Source: Eledone cirrhosa (taxonomy: Eukaryota). Taken from it: 64,000 nucleotides of DNA. Made by a program: the position numbers and the translations under genes. The notes beneath the pieces are model-generated. The model was not told the DNA's origin. It searched no databases and saw nothing but the letters and a program-made list of their open reading frames with translations. Location: assembly GCA_964016885.1 (NCBI GenBank), contig OZ024750.1, positions 45,942,001-46,006,000 of the forward strand, in the 5' to 3' direction. Shown here in pieces: positions 18,684 to 34,024 of this stretch (the stretch's first letter is position 1; each line of letters opens with the position of its first letter).

Positions 18684-19180
18684 GTATTTCTATTTCTATA
18701 TATGTAAGTGTATATATATGTATATGTATATCTACATGGAAAAGAATGAAATGAAATATCATTTCTCATACATACTTATATATATCTACATGTATATATA
18801 TATATATATATATCCTGTTGCAACGTTTTTTGAAATATTCACTTTTGCGTTCACAGATTGACTTTGTTAGTTTCAGAAGATTCCGTTAAGGGTGAAAGCA
18901 GCGATTCTTTTCTTAAATTTAATCTGTTATTTTAATAAATATATATATATATATATATATATAGGAGTTGTATTTAATTTGTTGGAATTCCGAGAAACAT
19001 AAATGTTTATAACTGATATAGAGCACTCAACAAATTACTGGAGTAAATATTCCAAGATAATAATAAATGTAAACTATATTTATAAAACCATATTGATTTT
19101 ATTATATATGGTCGCCCTTGAAATATATATAATAAATTAAATATGGTTTTATAAATATAGTTTCCATTTATTATTATCTT

Positions 19181-19215
<35 letters not shown>

Positions 19216-19510
19216 AAAACTTGTATTGAGTTAGAAACTCAAAATAGTCTCATTACAGTAAATTAGCTTTAGGAAAACGGCTTTTCCGAGCCGTATATAA
19301 CTGAGTTTCTCACTCAATACAAGCTTTTGATATATTCGGCTCCGTTAATTTGTAGAGCTATTTCAAATGTCTTGTAGACCCGGCTGCTATTTTTAGTGGC
19401 GTAAGTCTACGCGATACGCTAAGTTCGGGAACCATGTGCGTTATATATACACACACTTTCCAGTTTTCTATTTTATTTAGAAGTAGATGTGAGGAATATA
19501 CTAATTTCAA

Positions 19511-19591
19511 CGCCCACTGATGAGCCTGGAATTTGGTATTTCTCTTCACAAATAATATTGCGAAACAATTATATCAAAGCACGTCTGGGTG
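19511..19591 (+). ncRNA. Type I hammerhead, partly decayed, in (TA)n-flanked element 19213-19780
   Basis: cgccca-CTGATGA-gc...gc-GAAA-c...g-TC-tgggtg. Stem I is good; stem III is poorly paired. The element starts with a 19213-19330 fold-back. Confidence 0.6.
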
Positions 19592-20047
19592 ATGGTAGTT
19601 ACCACAATACTGGTTTGTATTTACTTTTCTTAATTTGTTCTTAAATTGAGTCCAGCAAACCCTATTGTCTGTAGTAAGTATTTTTTTCATCTTAGCGATT
19701 TTGGTCCATTACGATTTGAACAGACTTATATATATATGTCCGTTTTCCTTTTTTTCCTTTTTGTTCAGTTTGTGTTCAGTTATATATATATATATATATA
19801 TAGGAACAAGTAAGACCCCGACGGCTGAGCTCAAGCCGTTTCGACGGCTAATTCTGTACGGAATGAAAAATTAATTCTGGTATTTAAATAGCCGAATTAA
19901 TTTTTCATTCAGTACAGAATTAGCCGTTGAAACGGCTTGAGCTCAGCCGTCGGGGTCTTACTTGTTCCTATTACCCACTCTACTGCCCTAAGTATTGAGT
20001 ATTTTGGTGCGTTATGGTCCACCTGGTTCCTTACCACGTTTCCTTTG

Positions 20048-20093
<46 letters not shown>

Positions 20094-20492
20094 CGAGGTA
20101 AGGAACCAGATGGACCATAACGCACAAGAGTACTCAATACTTAGGGTAGTCGAGTGGGTAATAGAAAAAAGTATGAATCCGACGGCAGAGCTCAAGCCGT
20201 ATCGACTGCTATTTCTGGACCAAATTAGAATTTTTAGCGTGGTAAATAAATACCTATTTATTTACCACGCTAAAATTTCTAATTTAGTCCAGAAATAGCC
20301 GTCGAAACGGCTTGAGCTCTGCCGTCGGGGTCATACATTTTCCTATATATATATATATATATATATGCATAAGTATTATATGTATCTGCATGTATATATA
20401 AATATACACATGCAGATACATATAATACTTATGTACATACATACACACAGCAGCAACCACACAAACATACACATAATCCCCCTTCACTCTCA

Positions 20493-20578
<86 letters not shown>

Positions 20579-20853
20579 TACACACATATATATGTATATA
20601 TACAAAAATGAGATAGAGAGAGAGAGAGTGAGAGAAAAAGCGATGTGCAATCATAAATTCTTGCACAAAACCCACATATGCTTTGCGATTTCTTTTTCAA
20701 TATATAACATGTCAAACTGCAAAATAGAATTTTTACCATTGTTGATAGCAAGTGTAAAACTTCCAGTCATGATATGTAAATTGAAAGTATTCGCTTCGCT
20801 AGTGCTTCCATTGTTGCTGTTAGAACGTATTAGCACACTGATATATATATATT

Positions 20854-20932
<79 letters not shown>

Positions 20933-21043
20933 GTATTTATGTATGTATTTATATATATGTATATATATATATATATATGTGTGTATATATATATATGTGT
21001 ATATATATATATATATATAAATGTATTTATGTATGTATTTATA

Positions 21044-21086
<43 letters not shown>

Positions 21087-21206
21087 ATATATATATATAT
21101 ATGTGTGTGTATATATATATATATGTGTGTATATATCTAAATATATAAATATATATATATGAATATATCGTATATATTTATATATATGTATATATAAATA
21201 TATATA

Positions 21207-21251
<45 letters not shown>

Positions 21252-21436
21252 TATATGATATATTCGTATTTATATATATGTATGTATTTATATGTAGACA
21301 TCCAGATAATATATACATATACACATACACACACACAAACAAGCACATACTCATATATACACAGACACACACACACTGTCTCACACAGACACTCATAAAT
21401 ACATTATATATATATATATACATTATGTATATATTT

Positions 21437-21508
<72 letters not shown>

Positions 21509-21558
21509 TATATATATATGCATATGTATATTTTTATATATATATATATATATATATA

Positions 21559-21600
<42 letters not shown>

Positions 21601-21919
21601 TTATATTTATGTATGTATTTATATGTACATATCCAGATACATATATATATATACATAGATATATAAATACAGTAATACTTTAATAAAGAAAAACAAGAAA
21701 CAAAACTTGTTGACGAAATGCATGTCTCGCCAGAAGCCATCAAGGGTGATTAACAATTTCTATAAAGAAAAGAAATATATTTAGTATTAGAATGTGTGAT
21801 TTCCGTTTGATTCAAGTGTATATAGCAGGTGAAAAAATACAGGTTATATAGCCAAAAAATTGAGAGTTTAAATAGTAAATATATTTAAAAAGATAACCAA
21901 ACTCGACAGAAATCAACAA

Positions 21920-22360
21920 TAATGGTGATGATGATGATGATGATGATGATGTTGATGATGATGATGATGTTGATGATGATGATGTTGATGATGATGATAT
22001 TTCTGGCAGGTTGTGGTAGTAGTGGTAGTAGTGGTGATGGTGGTGGTAGTGGTGGTGGTGATGGCTGTGATGGTGGTGGCATTAGTGGTGATGGTGGTGG
22101 TGGTGGTGGTGTTTATGGTGGTGGTGGCAGTAGTGGTGATGGTGGTGGTTTGGTGGTGGTGGTGGTGGTGGCGGTGATGGTGGTGGTAATGGTGGTGGTG
22201 GTAGTGATGGTGGTGGTGGTGGTATTGGTGGTGGTGAGATGGTGGTGGTGGTGGTGGTGGTGGTGGTGGTGGTGGTGGTTGTGTTGGCAGTAGTGGTGAT
22301 GTTGGTGGTAGTGGTGGTGATGGTGGTGGTGGGAGATGGTGGTGGTAGTGGTGGAGGCGT
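21920..22360 (+). repeat. (GAT)n/(GGT)n trinucleotide microsatellite complex
   Basis: Directly visible. Confidence 0.95.
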
Positions 22361-22640
22361 TAGCAGTAGAGAGTTTAAGATGAAAAAAAAAAAAGTTAAT
22401 GATTCTGGTGTCGATTATAAATATTAATTGTAATTGTAATAAAAATAACAATAATAATAACGAAGAAAGGGGGGGGAGAAGAAGAAGGGGTGGAGGAGGA
22501 GAAGAAGAAGAAGAAAACAACATAATAAGAGCGAAAAAACAAGAAGAACAAGAATAGAGATAAAAATAATAATATAAAATGCATAGTAATAAAAGTGGTT
22601 ATATAACTATTATTGCTAATATTAAAGGTACTCTATGCTT

Positions 22641-22684
<44 letters not shown>

Positions 22685-22774
22685 ATAGTAGTAGTAGTAG
22701 TAGTAGTAGCAGTAGTAGTAGTAGTAGTAGTATGTAAATATCCATGTTCATTCCATTGGTGGAGTATTATTATG

Positions 22775-22820
<46 letters not shown>

Positions 22821-22912
22821 GAATGATGCTGCAACAAATGCTATACAACAGCTTTGACTCTTTTAAAAAGGCCATTGTAAAAGTACATATATATATAGAG
22901 AGAGAGAGACAT

Positions 22913-22972
<60 letters not shown>

Positions 22973-23744
22973 GTGTGCGTGTGTATGTGTGTATGTGTGT
23001 ATGTGTAAGTGTGTGTGCATGCGTGTGCGTGTGCGTGTGCGTGTGTGTGTGTGTGTATGGGAAGACGCGCTAAAAAGTCCAAAATATTCAGACAAAAAGA
23101 AAAGGTAAATTTCACTTGTTATTATTGGCATTATCTTAGGTATGTATTCCTTTTATCAGCTTTTGCGTGACGATATCTTCCGTGTGTTATATATATATAT
23201 ATTTATTTATGTATCTCTTTATTCATGTATGTGTGTATTTATATATTTCGTGTTAACTTCTTCTCTATGGTTATTATCATCTTTTAGCTTTCAACAGCGC
23301 ACATCAGTTTTGTCTTAACGTGATTTCAATGAATACTTTACACGCCATTTCCTTATTCACTTTAATGGGAAAAATAATAAGAACATATGAGAAATATAAA
23401 TAAATATACTAAATATACTATACATCATAAATAAAACTGCTACGGAAGTCTTTGTGGCATTCTCAAAGTTTGGAAATATCTGTCTTGTGATCAACATTTA
23501 CAACAAAAGAAAAAAAAAAGAAGTATTTGAATCAACCATTTCAAAATGGTTGATATACGTTGTTTTGTGATGGTTGATTTCACTTTTGTCAATCTGACTC
23601 GAAAAAAGATTTTGGTAAGTATGAAAATATAACGTAAATATGTGCCTTATATGTATGTACTTTTGTGTGGATGTTTTTCTATGTACTTGTAAGCGGGCTT
23701 GTATATATATATACACACAAACACACAAACACACATACACACAC

Positions 23745-23850
<106 letters not shown>

Positions 23851-23916
23851 ATGTGTTTGTGTTTGAGTGTATCGATAGATAGATAGATAGGTTGATAGAT
23901 ATAGTCGTTCATATAT

Positions 23917-23978
<62 letters not shown>

Positions 23979-26900
23979 GTAGTGTAGGTAAACAGAAATA
24001 ACAACACAATCGGTACAGTATATGGAAGGAATATATTAGGTTAACGCTTGAAATAGTAGGATATATATTTTTATTTATTTGTACAGATTCAAATGCTGCC
24101 AAGCCAGCTTTGCCATTCATTTTCGATAAATAAAGTAGCAAAAGCTGTGTATTTGTATGATTAATAAAGAATCTGGCGGAATAGTGGGCTGTATCTACTG
24201 AGACTATGTGTATTTTGTAGTCGAATCCCCCCTCATCCTGCCAGGATTTACATCCGACAAGTAATATGGACAATCGTATTTCGAATGAAAATTCTGAATT
24301 ATTTTTCCTATGAGGTGATCGATTTTTTCCGTTTTCCTTTCCTTTATTCGAAGACACTGCATATGTGATAGCACCCCGCGAGCATTGCTGAACATGGTTG
24401 ATAAAACAAATCAAGATGTCGGCATGCAAAAGACTGGATCTGTCTCAGTTCGAAACATTACAGTACTTTGCTAATGAGACACAGGACTGTGTGAGTGATT
24501 TAAATGTTTGATTGGCAAACGTGGTATCCTAGTTCGATTCCATTGCGTAGCATCTTGTGCTCTTGTCTTTACAATAACCTCGTTTTGATCCAAGCGATGT
24601 GAGTGATATTGCGTTCATGGTTATTGTGCAGAAGACCGTCCAGACATTCACAAGTCTAGCATCTCTATATTCATGACATGCTGATTCTCTCTAAAAAAAC
24701 ACGTTAAGAGTTCACGTATATGGAGAATGAAAGATGCAGTATCAAATCAGGCGTTCAGTTGATCGAAGAATTGAATAATCTTTGTCGAAAGCCACGGAGG
24801 CTCTATGAATCAAAATCTACAGCCACTTACACGTTAGAATAGGCAACCACTGAAACTATACCTGATGAATCGGTTGTTCATCTGCTCAAAATGCATCTTG
24901 TCAAACTCTATTTGATGATCTATTTATATTATACAACAGTTCATTTTCATCTAAAGATAAAATCCCGATAATAGAAGTTTTTATGTTGGCCATCATATAT
25001 TACACGTTAGATATTATGTATCACATTTCATAACACATGCAGAGAATTACGAAGTAATATTAATTAACCCTTGTGATATCAGATACGGCATGACAATATT
25101 TAGTTTGAAATGTTTCATCACTTTCAAAACTTCTATTCGCTATTCATGAAATACGAATTAACACATAGGTCAACGATCCATTTTAAATTCATCCAATTTC
25201 ATATATATTGCCTGCAAATATCTCTGCATACACAATAACTGTCAAATTCTATTTATTACTTCTAAATGTTCATAAACATTAGCCTCCAGGCAAATATGTC
25301 CGAATAGGGAAAGCATAATTTAAAGATCTTAATTCAACAATTCAACGTTTTCTACTTTCTACTTTCTACTTTCCTATAATATCAATATTGCCTAAAGTTA
25401 TATTAATATTATTTTCAGAACAATCGAAAAGCAAGCATTGCTACAATTTCAGAGGCACTTAACTTTCATATGTTAAAGGCTAGTATTAAAACTTAGTAAT
25501 CAAAATATATATGCTGTTATTATGTTTGGTCGACAAGGGTGGTGGATTGGAAGGATCATTAGAGCGTAGGAAAATGCCTTGCGGTATTTGTTTTGGTACT
25601 TTACAAAGTTTAAATCCAGTTTTTTATCTTTTCGGAGTCGATAACACATTAAAATGAATCAGGTAGTTGGCATTGTGCCAACTACCTGATTCATTCAGGA
25701 AGAAAAATCAATATTTATTTACATCATGTTACGTTATAGATCAATTCCTGCAGAAGTCGACATTGCTTTTTGTTCTTCTAAGTCAGATAAAGTAAGTTAC
25801 TCAACTATTTATTGTCCTAAACCTGCTAACATTCTACCTCAATTAGAAACCAGTATTTCGGATCAGCAGGAAGAATTGTCAGATGGTTAGATAAGGTAAC
25901 TGAAGACAGGAGCAATTTTTCATTATATTCCGAGTTCAAATATTACAACGGGTGTTCAATTGACTTCATCAGAATAGTCGGTTTAATTGCCTTACAGTAT
26001 TTATCCCGCGTCTCTGAGATCTGACTTAAAATTCAAGCAGGACAACTTAGCCTTTCATTTTTTGAGATCGATAATTAAACACCAGTTCATGATCGTGAAA
26101 TATGCGGAATTGTTACGGCGTCGGAACGGAGGCCTCAAGGAATTTGTTTCCGTTAATATTGCTTGGAGTTCAAATCTTAGATGTTCAGCCTGCAATAGAG
26201 GTGACATTATTGAACTGGACCACCTATTATTAAACCTTCCAAGAAACCTACAATAAATGAAGACTCGCAGTATTATTACTAATGCTGGGGCGGCGGTTTG
26301 GTAGTATCGGTAGAGTGTCGGACGCCATGCTTTCCAGCATAGTTACGTCCCTTTACGATCTGAGTTCAAATCCAGCCGAGGTTGACTTTGCCTTTCATCC
26401 TTACGGGGTCGATAAAATAAAGTACCAGTAATGCACTGGGTAATTGCTGGCCTTGTGCCTAAAGTAGAAACAATTATTACTAATGCTGGGGCGGCGGTTT
26501 GGCAGTATCCGTAGAGTGTCGGACGCCATGCTTTGCAACATAGAGTTACGGTCCTTTACGGTCTGAGTTCAAATCCCGCCGAGGTTAAATTTGCTTTTTA
26601 TCCTTACAGGGTCGATAAAATAAAGTACCAGTAATACACTGGAGTAATGCTGGGCTTGTGCCAAATGTAGAAACAATTATTAATAAATCTACGCAAGTAT
26701 GCGCTATGAGAACTCAATTAAAGCCAGGCCAACTTTGCCCTTTATGGTTATTGTAAGGCGGCTAAAATACCTACCAGTGAAATACATGTTGGGTTGAAGC
26801 TAATCGACAATAACATTTCCTATAGATTTACAACGGAAACATATGAGTAGTCTCCTTCTAAATAACATATTATATGATCCATACTCTCATTAAAATATCG

Positions 26901-27228
26901 AAGAATATAGCTAAAGTCCACTCAATTACAGTTTCATATTTAAGAAAAATGACCTCAGTTAATAAATAACCTCACTAATTGTTAAAAAAAGAAAATCATT
27001 TTTCTTCTTCTCCCACTTATTTCTAAGAGGGTCGTGGGGGGGGGGGGGGGTACAGAATCCTCATATATTAATAGGCAATTTGGACTCAAAGTTAAAATAT
27101 ATAAGAAATGATTGAGAATGAAGCAGTAAATTTTAGTACAAAAGGAAAAAAATGTTAATAATGATGACAATGCAGAATAAAATAACAAAAATGGGAATAT
27201 CTGCAAGATATTACGAGTGAGGGGAAGA

Positions 27229-27314
<86 letters not shown>

Positions 27315-28841
27315 ATGAGGTGAGCAGTATACAGAAAAATACGTATATACATAGACACCTGAATCATAATATATATATATATATAGGTGGAGGTGCGTGT
27401 CTGTAAAATGACAGACACAGATATAAAAAGATAGGGAGAGAATTGAGGTGAAGATGACGCAGCAATTTTAGACATCATTTTTGGTGGAATATATCTAACA
27501 CAAATTATGCGTCGTTGTTTTGCGGTGATGCTAATGGTTTTAATGGTGGTAGTGCTGCTACTGATCGTGGTGCTAACGATGATGGCGATGGTGCTGTTCA
27601 TAGTTCTAGTGATGAGAGTGATAGTACTGATAATGGTTATGGTGATGGGAAGGAAGAAAGTCTAATTTGTCATCGGCAGGATTTGAGCTCAGAACGCGAA
27701 ATAATTGTTTCTATTTTAGGCACAAGGCCAGCAATAACCCAGTGCATGACTGGTAGTTTATTTTATCGACCCCGTAAGGATGAAAGGCAAAGTAAACCTC
27801 GGCGGGATTTGAACTCAGACCGTAAAGGGACGTAACTATGCTGGAAAGCATGGCGTCCGACTCTCCACCGATACTGCCATCCCCCGGAAATAATGTAACT
27901 AAATTGTTTGTTAACATAGGCACTAAGACAGAAAAAAAGGGAAAGAAAGATGCAGCAGTCAAGGATATCGGCCAACGAGGATTAGTAAGTAGTAATCCAT
28001 GAACTGGGCAAGAATTGATCTCGTAAGGGAAATTGATTTACCCAAATATTGATTTTTAATTTAGGCACAGATCCGCAAATTTGAATAAGGTCGTAGTTGA
28101 TTAAATCAACCCCAGTTGATTCCGTGAAGGATGTAAATTTAAAGGTATCCTTCTGGGGACTTGAACTCAGAACGTAAAGAAACGAGAACAAATAATGGTT
28201 TCTGATTGAGGCACAAGGCCAGTAATTTTAGGGTAGGGGAAATTCGATTAAATCGACGCTAATTCGTGACTGGTACTTTATTTAATTGACCCTGATAAAG
28301 CAAACCTCCGCGGGATTTAAACTCAGAACGTAAAGAAACGAGAACAAATAATGGTTTCTGATTGAGGCACAAGGCCAGTAATTTTAGGGTAGGGGAAATT
28401 CGATTAAATCGACGCTACGACTGGTACTTTATTTAATTGACCCTGACAAAGCTAAACACCGCGGGATTTGAACTCAGAACCTAAAGAGCCATACACTCTA
28501 TGCTGCATATCCACCACCGAAATATTAAAAAGAGCTTTTCCCAGCTTCCTACCGTTAGCGATAATATCATATTGAAAAATGTAATAAAGCAGAAATATTT
28601 CTAAGAGGAGCCTGGACTATCCAATTAAATTATTCCTAGGAACCATTTTAGATTAAGCAAATATTCCAGGGTAATCACAGACACCAATATAATTAGACCG
28701 AAATTGACAGATGAAAAAAAGAGATAATACACCTACATGCACACGAACAGAAAATATAGAATATATATATATATATATATTTAAATTGACACACATACAC
28801 ACACACATATATATATATATATGTGTTAATCAATTTTTAGT

Positions 28842-28929
<88 letters not shown>

Positions 28930-29424
28930 GGATATATATAGTGGACGATAATTGAAGTGTCAGTACCATGGACAGATATTCTAACCAGCACAAGGAACAA
29001 AATGTACAAAAATGACCCTTAAAAATAAATTTCAGAAAGCAAAAAGAAATTGTTTTAATCGACACCATCCATATCCGATAATCATTTTCAGAAAGTGTCT
29101 TACAAATTAGGCAAAACCGTCTATTATCTCCCTTTAAATTGTCCACTATTTAGATGCCAACATTTCTTTTAATAAAGATAATGAATATTTTTTTTTTGCC
29201 TGCTAACATTTCTTTTAATAATTCCGTCTCAATGTATTTTATTTTATTTTTTATTTTTTTGTAACTACAATCATCGCAAACATTTTATTCGGGTTGAAAT
29301 TTGTGAGCACTTTTAATGAGTGAAAAAATCCGTATATTATATCATGGCGTTTGATTGTTCTTTATATCTATTTGTCTTTTTCTCTCTCTCTTTCTCTACC
29401 CCCCCCCCCCTCCCTCTCTCTCTC

Positions 29425-29476
<52 letters not shown>

Positions 29477-29618
29477 ATAATGTGCATAATATTTTTCAAA
29501 CCCCAAACTAATCACTGATTAAATCTTGAATACATAAATGAGTACCTGGAATAGAAATAATGGAGATATATCTAACTACTACTATTTTTATATATCTGGC
29601 TATCTATCAATCTCTCTA

Positions 29619-29658
<40 letters not shown>

Positions 29659-29831
29659 CATTTATATATCATACGTACGGGCGTGCATATATACCCAATA
29701 CTTTAACATATAAACGGACTTAGAGACACGCAAATACATTAGTAATGTGTTTGTGAAATATATATAGTAACCCAACTATCAAGTTCTCTGTTAAAATGAT
29801 GGTGTAACTAGTTTAATACTGGTTTAATTTT

Positions 29832-29862
<31 letters not shown>

Positions 29863-29887
29863 GCATATATATATGCATATATATATA

Positions 29888-29921
<34 letters not shown>

Positions 29922-29942
29922 TATATATATATGCATATATAA

Positions 29943-30024
<82 letters not shown>

Positions 30025-30058
30025 GTATACATGAATATATATATATACATGTATATAT

Positions 30059-30195
<137 letters not shown>

Positions 30196-30233
30196 ATTAA
30201 ATAAATGGAAACTATATTTATAAAACTATATTT

Positions 30234-30295
30234 ATTTGATTATATATATTTCAAGGGCAACCAAGACAACATTGGAACGCTTTCATCAGATAAAT
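30234..30295 (-). ncRNA. Hammerhead, family B variant
   Basis: Minus strand: atttat-CTGATGA-aagcgttccaa...ttggttgccctt-GAAA-tatata-TA-atcaaat. Confidence 0.65.
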
Positions 30296-30755
30296 GACAA
30301 AGTTTGTTTTATAAATAGAGACATACCCATGAAAATCATACCTTATCGGGTGGAAATTCGCTGGATAGTGGAAATATATTCGGGATTATTCAAACTTATG
30401 TGTGAATATGCAAATGAATATGTAAATAATTGAAAAACAACTTTTTTATTTAAATGACACTGGAGAAACAGAGAGAGGAAAAGGCGAGGGAGAATAAATA
30501 TTACGAGAGAGATAGAGGGACGAAATTAACAAGAGGATTAATAAAACTCATATAACGTTAAATTGAGGGAATATATTCAATGGTACGTGTATTTACGATT
30601 ACTTAGTTGTTAAAATTCTTTACTAATATAATATTTACTGTTATAAGTAGATGGAAAAATAAATAGATACAAGAATAGATTTGAAAAATAAATAAATAAA
30701 TAAATGGATAAATGGATAAATAGATGAGTATATCGTGTTATAGATAATTGTTTTA

Positions 30756-31457
30756 ATGAGTTGGTACTCACCACCATTCCCATTAAGCGTTAAAACACCT
30801 TTAGCAAAGCTATTCTTTAAAGATCTAGATAAATGTTTTCCTAAAGCCCACAGATACCACTCATTCTTTAACAGACATACTATAAAACTATCTTACTCTA
30901 CTACTATGAACATAGCACAGAATATAAATAGAATCAATAATAGAAATTTAAACCATAACCAAAATAGCAGTAATATCTCTAGCAATATCCAACATAATAG
31001 TACCGTTTTGAATAACAACTCCGCAAAATGTAACTGTAGAATTAAATTAAACTGTCCTTTACAAAATAAGTGTTCAGATAAGGACGAGGTCTATAAATGT
31101 ACAGTTAAAACAAGTGATAATATATTTAACTATGTAGGTGCAAATTCTACAGAATTTAAAAGTCGCTGGAATAATCACAATTGCTCTTTCCAAAGATTTG
31201 TTAAAAAATCTTCAACTTCTCTTTCAAACCTGATATGGAACTTAAAATGCAAGAATATGGACTATTCTTTAACTTGGGAAATAGTTTCGGAAGCACCCGC
31301 ATACCGAAACACAGCTTTATCTAGATTTTGCAAATTGTGTGTTGAGGAAATTTTTTTCATACTTAAATGTAAGAACTCTATTAATATAAGGACGAAATTA
31401 TTTAGTTCTTGTAGACATCACCTGAATTCAACGTTTAGAACTATATATAAATTATGA
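30756..31457 (+). pseudogene. 5'-truncated PLE fragment (linker + GIY-YIG), same clade as the 57550-60009 ORF
   Basis: WYSPPF..SVKT...LDKCFPKAHRYH..FNRHTIKLSYSTT..CNCRIKLNCPLQNKC...VYKCTV...YVG...FKSRWNNH...CKLC..E...CRH, collinear with the C-terminus of the intact ORF. Confidence 0.9.
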
Positions 31458-31798
31458 TTACACTTATAATATTTCTACTTATTTCCATAATAAACTTATC
31501 CACTTAGTTTTAATATATTGATATCTCTAAATCATATCTATGACATTTGCTATAATTTAACATCTTAAAGTTTCTTAACATATATACATATATAATTCTA
31601 ATTTTTTAATTTTAATTGTAAATTTTATCTTAATACTTTTTAATTCTTTATCATTTATTTCTTTAATTTTTTATATATTTTTAAAAATTACTTTTTTTTT
31701 TAAAATTAATTATCTCTTATATATATATATATATATATATGTAAGTATGTATGTATACGTACATACATATATGTATACAGACGTACAGTAGCATGCAT

Positions 31799-31829
<31 letters not shown>

Positions 31830-32003
31830 TACACATATATATATACATACATACAGGTACACATACATATATGCACTCATCAGTTTAGCAGACGCTTATT
31901 ATAGCGCCTGCTTTGTTCGTTTGTCAACAAACTGAACAGCCTGAATTTATGCCATACGGTGTTAAGGCAACCACGTCACCTTTTTGTTCAACACTGACAC
32001 GGG

Positions 32004-32048
32004 AACGATGTACTAGTTTCAAGCTTGTTAGCTATCATCAGCACCGTT
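32004..32048 (-). ncRNA. Minimal hammerhead, inverted copy
   Basis: Reverse complement of the 32649-32693 motif. Confidence 0.92.
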
Positions 32049-32294
32049 TACCCATCTGCCAGATAGTTGAACGTTCGAAAGTATATACTTTTCTTATGAA
32101 AATTAACGGCTGAGCAGCCTAATTTGCATATTGAGTGAGTTAAATCGGTCAGGCATACCGAAAACGATAAGTTGAAAAAAATGAAAACGAAAAACGAAAT
32201 TTCATTTCTCACTCTTAGTATGGCACTTACTTAAATGTAAGTATGTATGTATACGTACATACATATATGTATACAGACGTACAGTAGCATGCAT

Positions 32295-32337
<43 letters not shown>

Positions 32338-32648
32338 TATATACATACATACATGCAGGTACACATACATATATGCACTCATCAGTTTAGCAGACGCTTA
32401 TTATAGCGCCTGCTTTGTTCGTTTGTCAACAAACTGAACAGCCTGAATTTATGCCATACGGTGTTAAGGCAACCACGTCACCTTTTTGTTAAACACTGAC
32501 ACGGGAACGATGTACTAGTTTCAAGCTTATCGTTTTCGGTATGCCTGACCGATTTAACTCACTCAATATGCAAATTAGGCTGCTCAGCCGTTAATTTTCA
32601 TAAGAAAAGTATATACTTTCGAACGTTCAACTATCTGGCAGATGGGTA

Positions 32649-32693
32649 AACGGTGCTGATGATAGCTAACAAGCTTGAAACTAGTACATCGTT
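32649..32693 (+). ncRNA. Minimal type I hammerhead ribozyme
   Basis: aacggtg-CTGATGA-t-agct(aaca)agct-t-GAAA-ctag-TA-catcgtt: canonical core, 7-bp stem I, palindromic CTAG stem III, GUA site. Confidence 0.92.
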
Positions 32694-32862
32694 CCCGTGT
32701 CAGTGTTGAACAAAAAGGTGACGTGGTTGCCTTAACACCGTATGGCATAAATTCAGGCTGTTCAGTTTGTTGACAAACGAACAAAGCAGGCGCTATAATA
32801 AGCGTCTGCTAAACTGATGAGTGCATATATGTATGTGTACCTGCATGTATGTATGTATATAT

Positions 32863-32900
<38 letters not shown>

Positions 32901-33146
32901 ATGCATGCTACTGTACGTCTGTATACATATATGTATGTACGTATACATACATACTTACATTTAAGTAAGTGCCATACTAAGAGTGAGAAATGAAATTTCG
33001 TTTTTCGTTTTCATTTTTTTCAACTTATCGTTTTCGGTATGCCTGACCGATTTAACTCACTCAATATGCAAATTAGGCTGCTCAGCCGTTAATTTTCATA
33101 AGAAAAGTATATACTTTCGAACGTTCAACTATCTTGCAGATGGGTA

Positions 33147-33191
33147 AACGGTGCTGATGATAGCTAACAAGCTTGAAACTAGTACATCGTT
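33147..33191 (+). ncRNA. Minimal hammerhead, tandem copy
   Basis: Identical motif 498 nt downstream of 32649. Confidence 0.92.
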
Positions 33192-33369
33192 CCCGTGTCA
33201 GTGTTGAACAAAAAGGTGACGTGGTTGCCTTAACACCGTATGGCATAAATTCAGGCTGTTCAGTTTGTTGACAAACGAACAAAGCAGGCGCTATAATAAG
33301 CGTCTGCTAAACTGATGAGTGCATATATGTATGTGTACCTGCATGTATGTATGTATATATATATGTGTA

Positions 33370-33400
<31 letters not shown>

Positions 33401-33646
33401 ATGCATGCTACTGTACGTCTGTATACATATATGTATGTACGTATACATACATACTTACATTTAAGTAAGTGCCATACTAAGAGTGAGAAATGAAATTTCG
33501 TTTTTCGTTTTCATTTTTTTCAACTTATCGTTTTCGGTATGCCTGACCGATTTAACTCACTCAATATGCAGATTAGGCTGCTCAGCCGTTAATTTTCATA
33601 AGAAAAGTATATACTTTCGAACGTTCAACTATCTGGCAGATGGGTA

Positions 33647-33691
33647 AACGGTGCTGATGATAGCTAACAAGCTTGAAACTAGTACATCGTT
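33647..33691 (+). ncRNA. Minimal hammerhead, tandem copy
   Basis: Identical motif 500 nt downstream of 33147. Confidence 0.92.
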
Positions 33692-33869
33692 CCCGTGTCA
33701 GTGTTGAACAAAAAGGTGGCGTGGTTGTCTTAACACCGTATGGCATAAATTCAGGCTGTTCAGTTTGTTGACAAACGAACAAAGCAGGCGCTATAATAAG
33801 CGTCTGCTAAACTGATGAGTGCATATATGTATGTGTACCTGCATGTATGTATGTATATATATATGTGTA

Positions 33870-33900
<31 letters not shown>

Positions 33901-34024
33901 ATGCATGCTACTGTACGTCTGTATACATATATGTATGTACGTATACATACATACTTACATTTAAGTAAGTGCCATACTAAGAGTGAGAAATGAAATTTCG
34001 TTTTTCGTTTTCATTTTTTTTCAA

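Noticed and set aside
32814-33005. Second CTGATGA...GAAA pair in the 500-nt monomer
   Set aside because: No convincing stem II and only a 3-bp stem I; treated as chance or fully decayed.
31913-33782. 66-aa ORF repeated four times (MFVCQQTEQ...)
   Set aside because: Non-ATG start, antisense to the hammerhead and no recognisable domain; it recurs only because the monomer is repeated.
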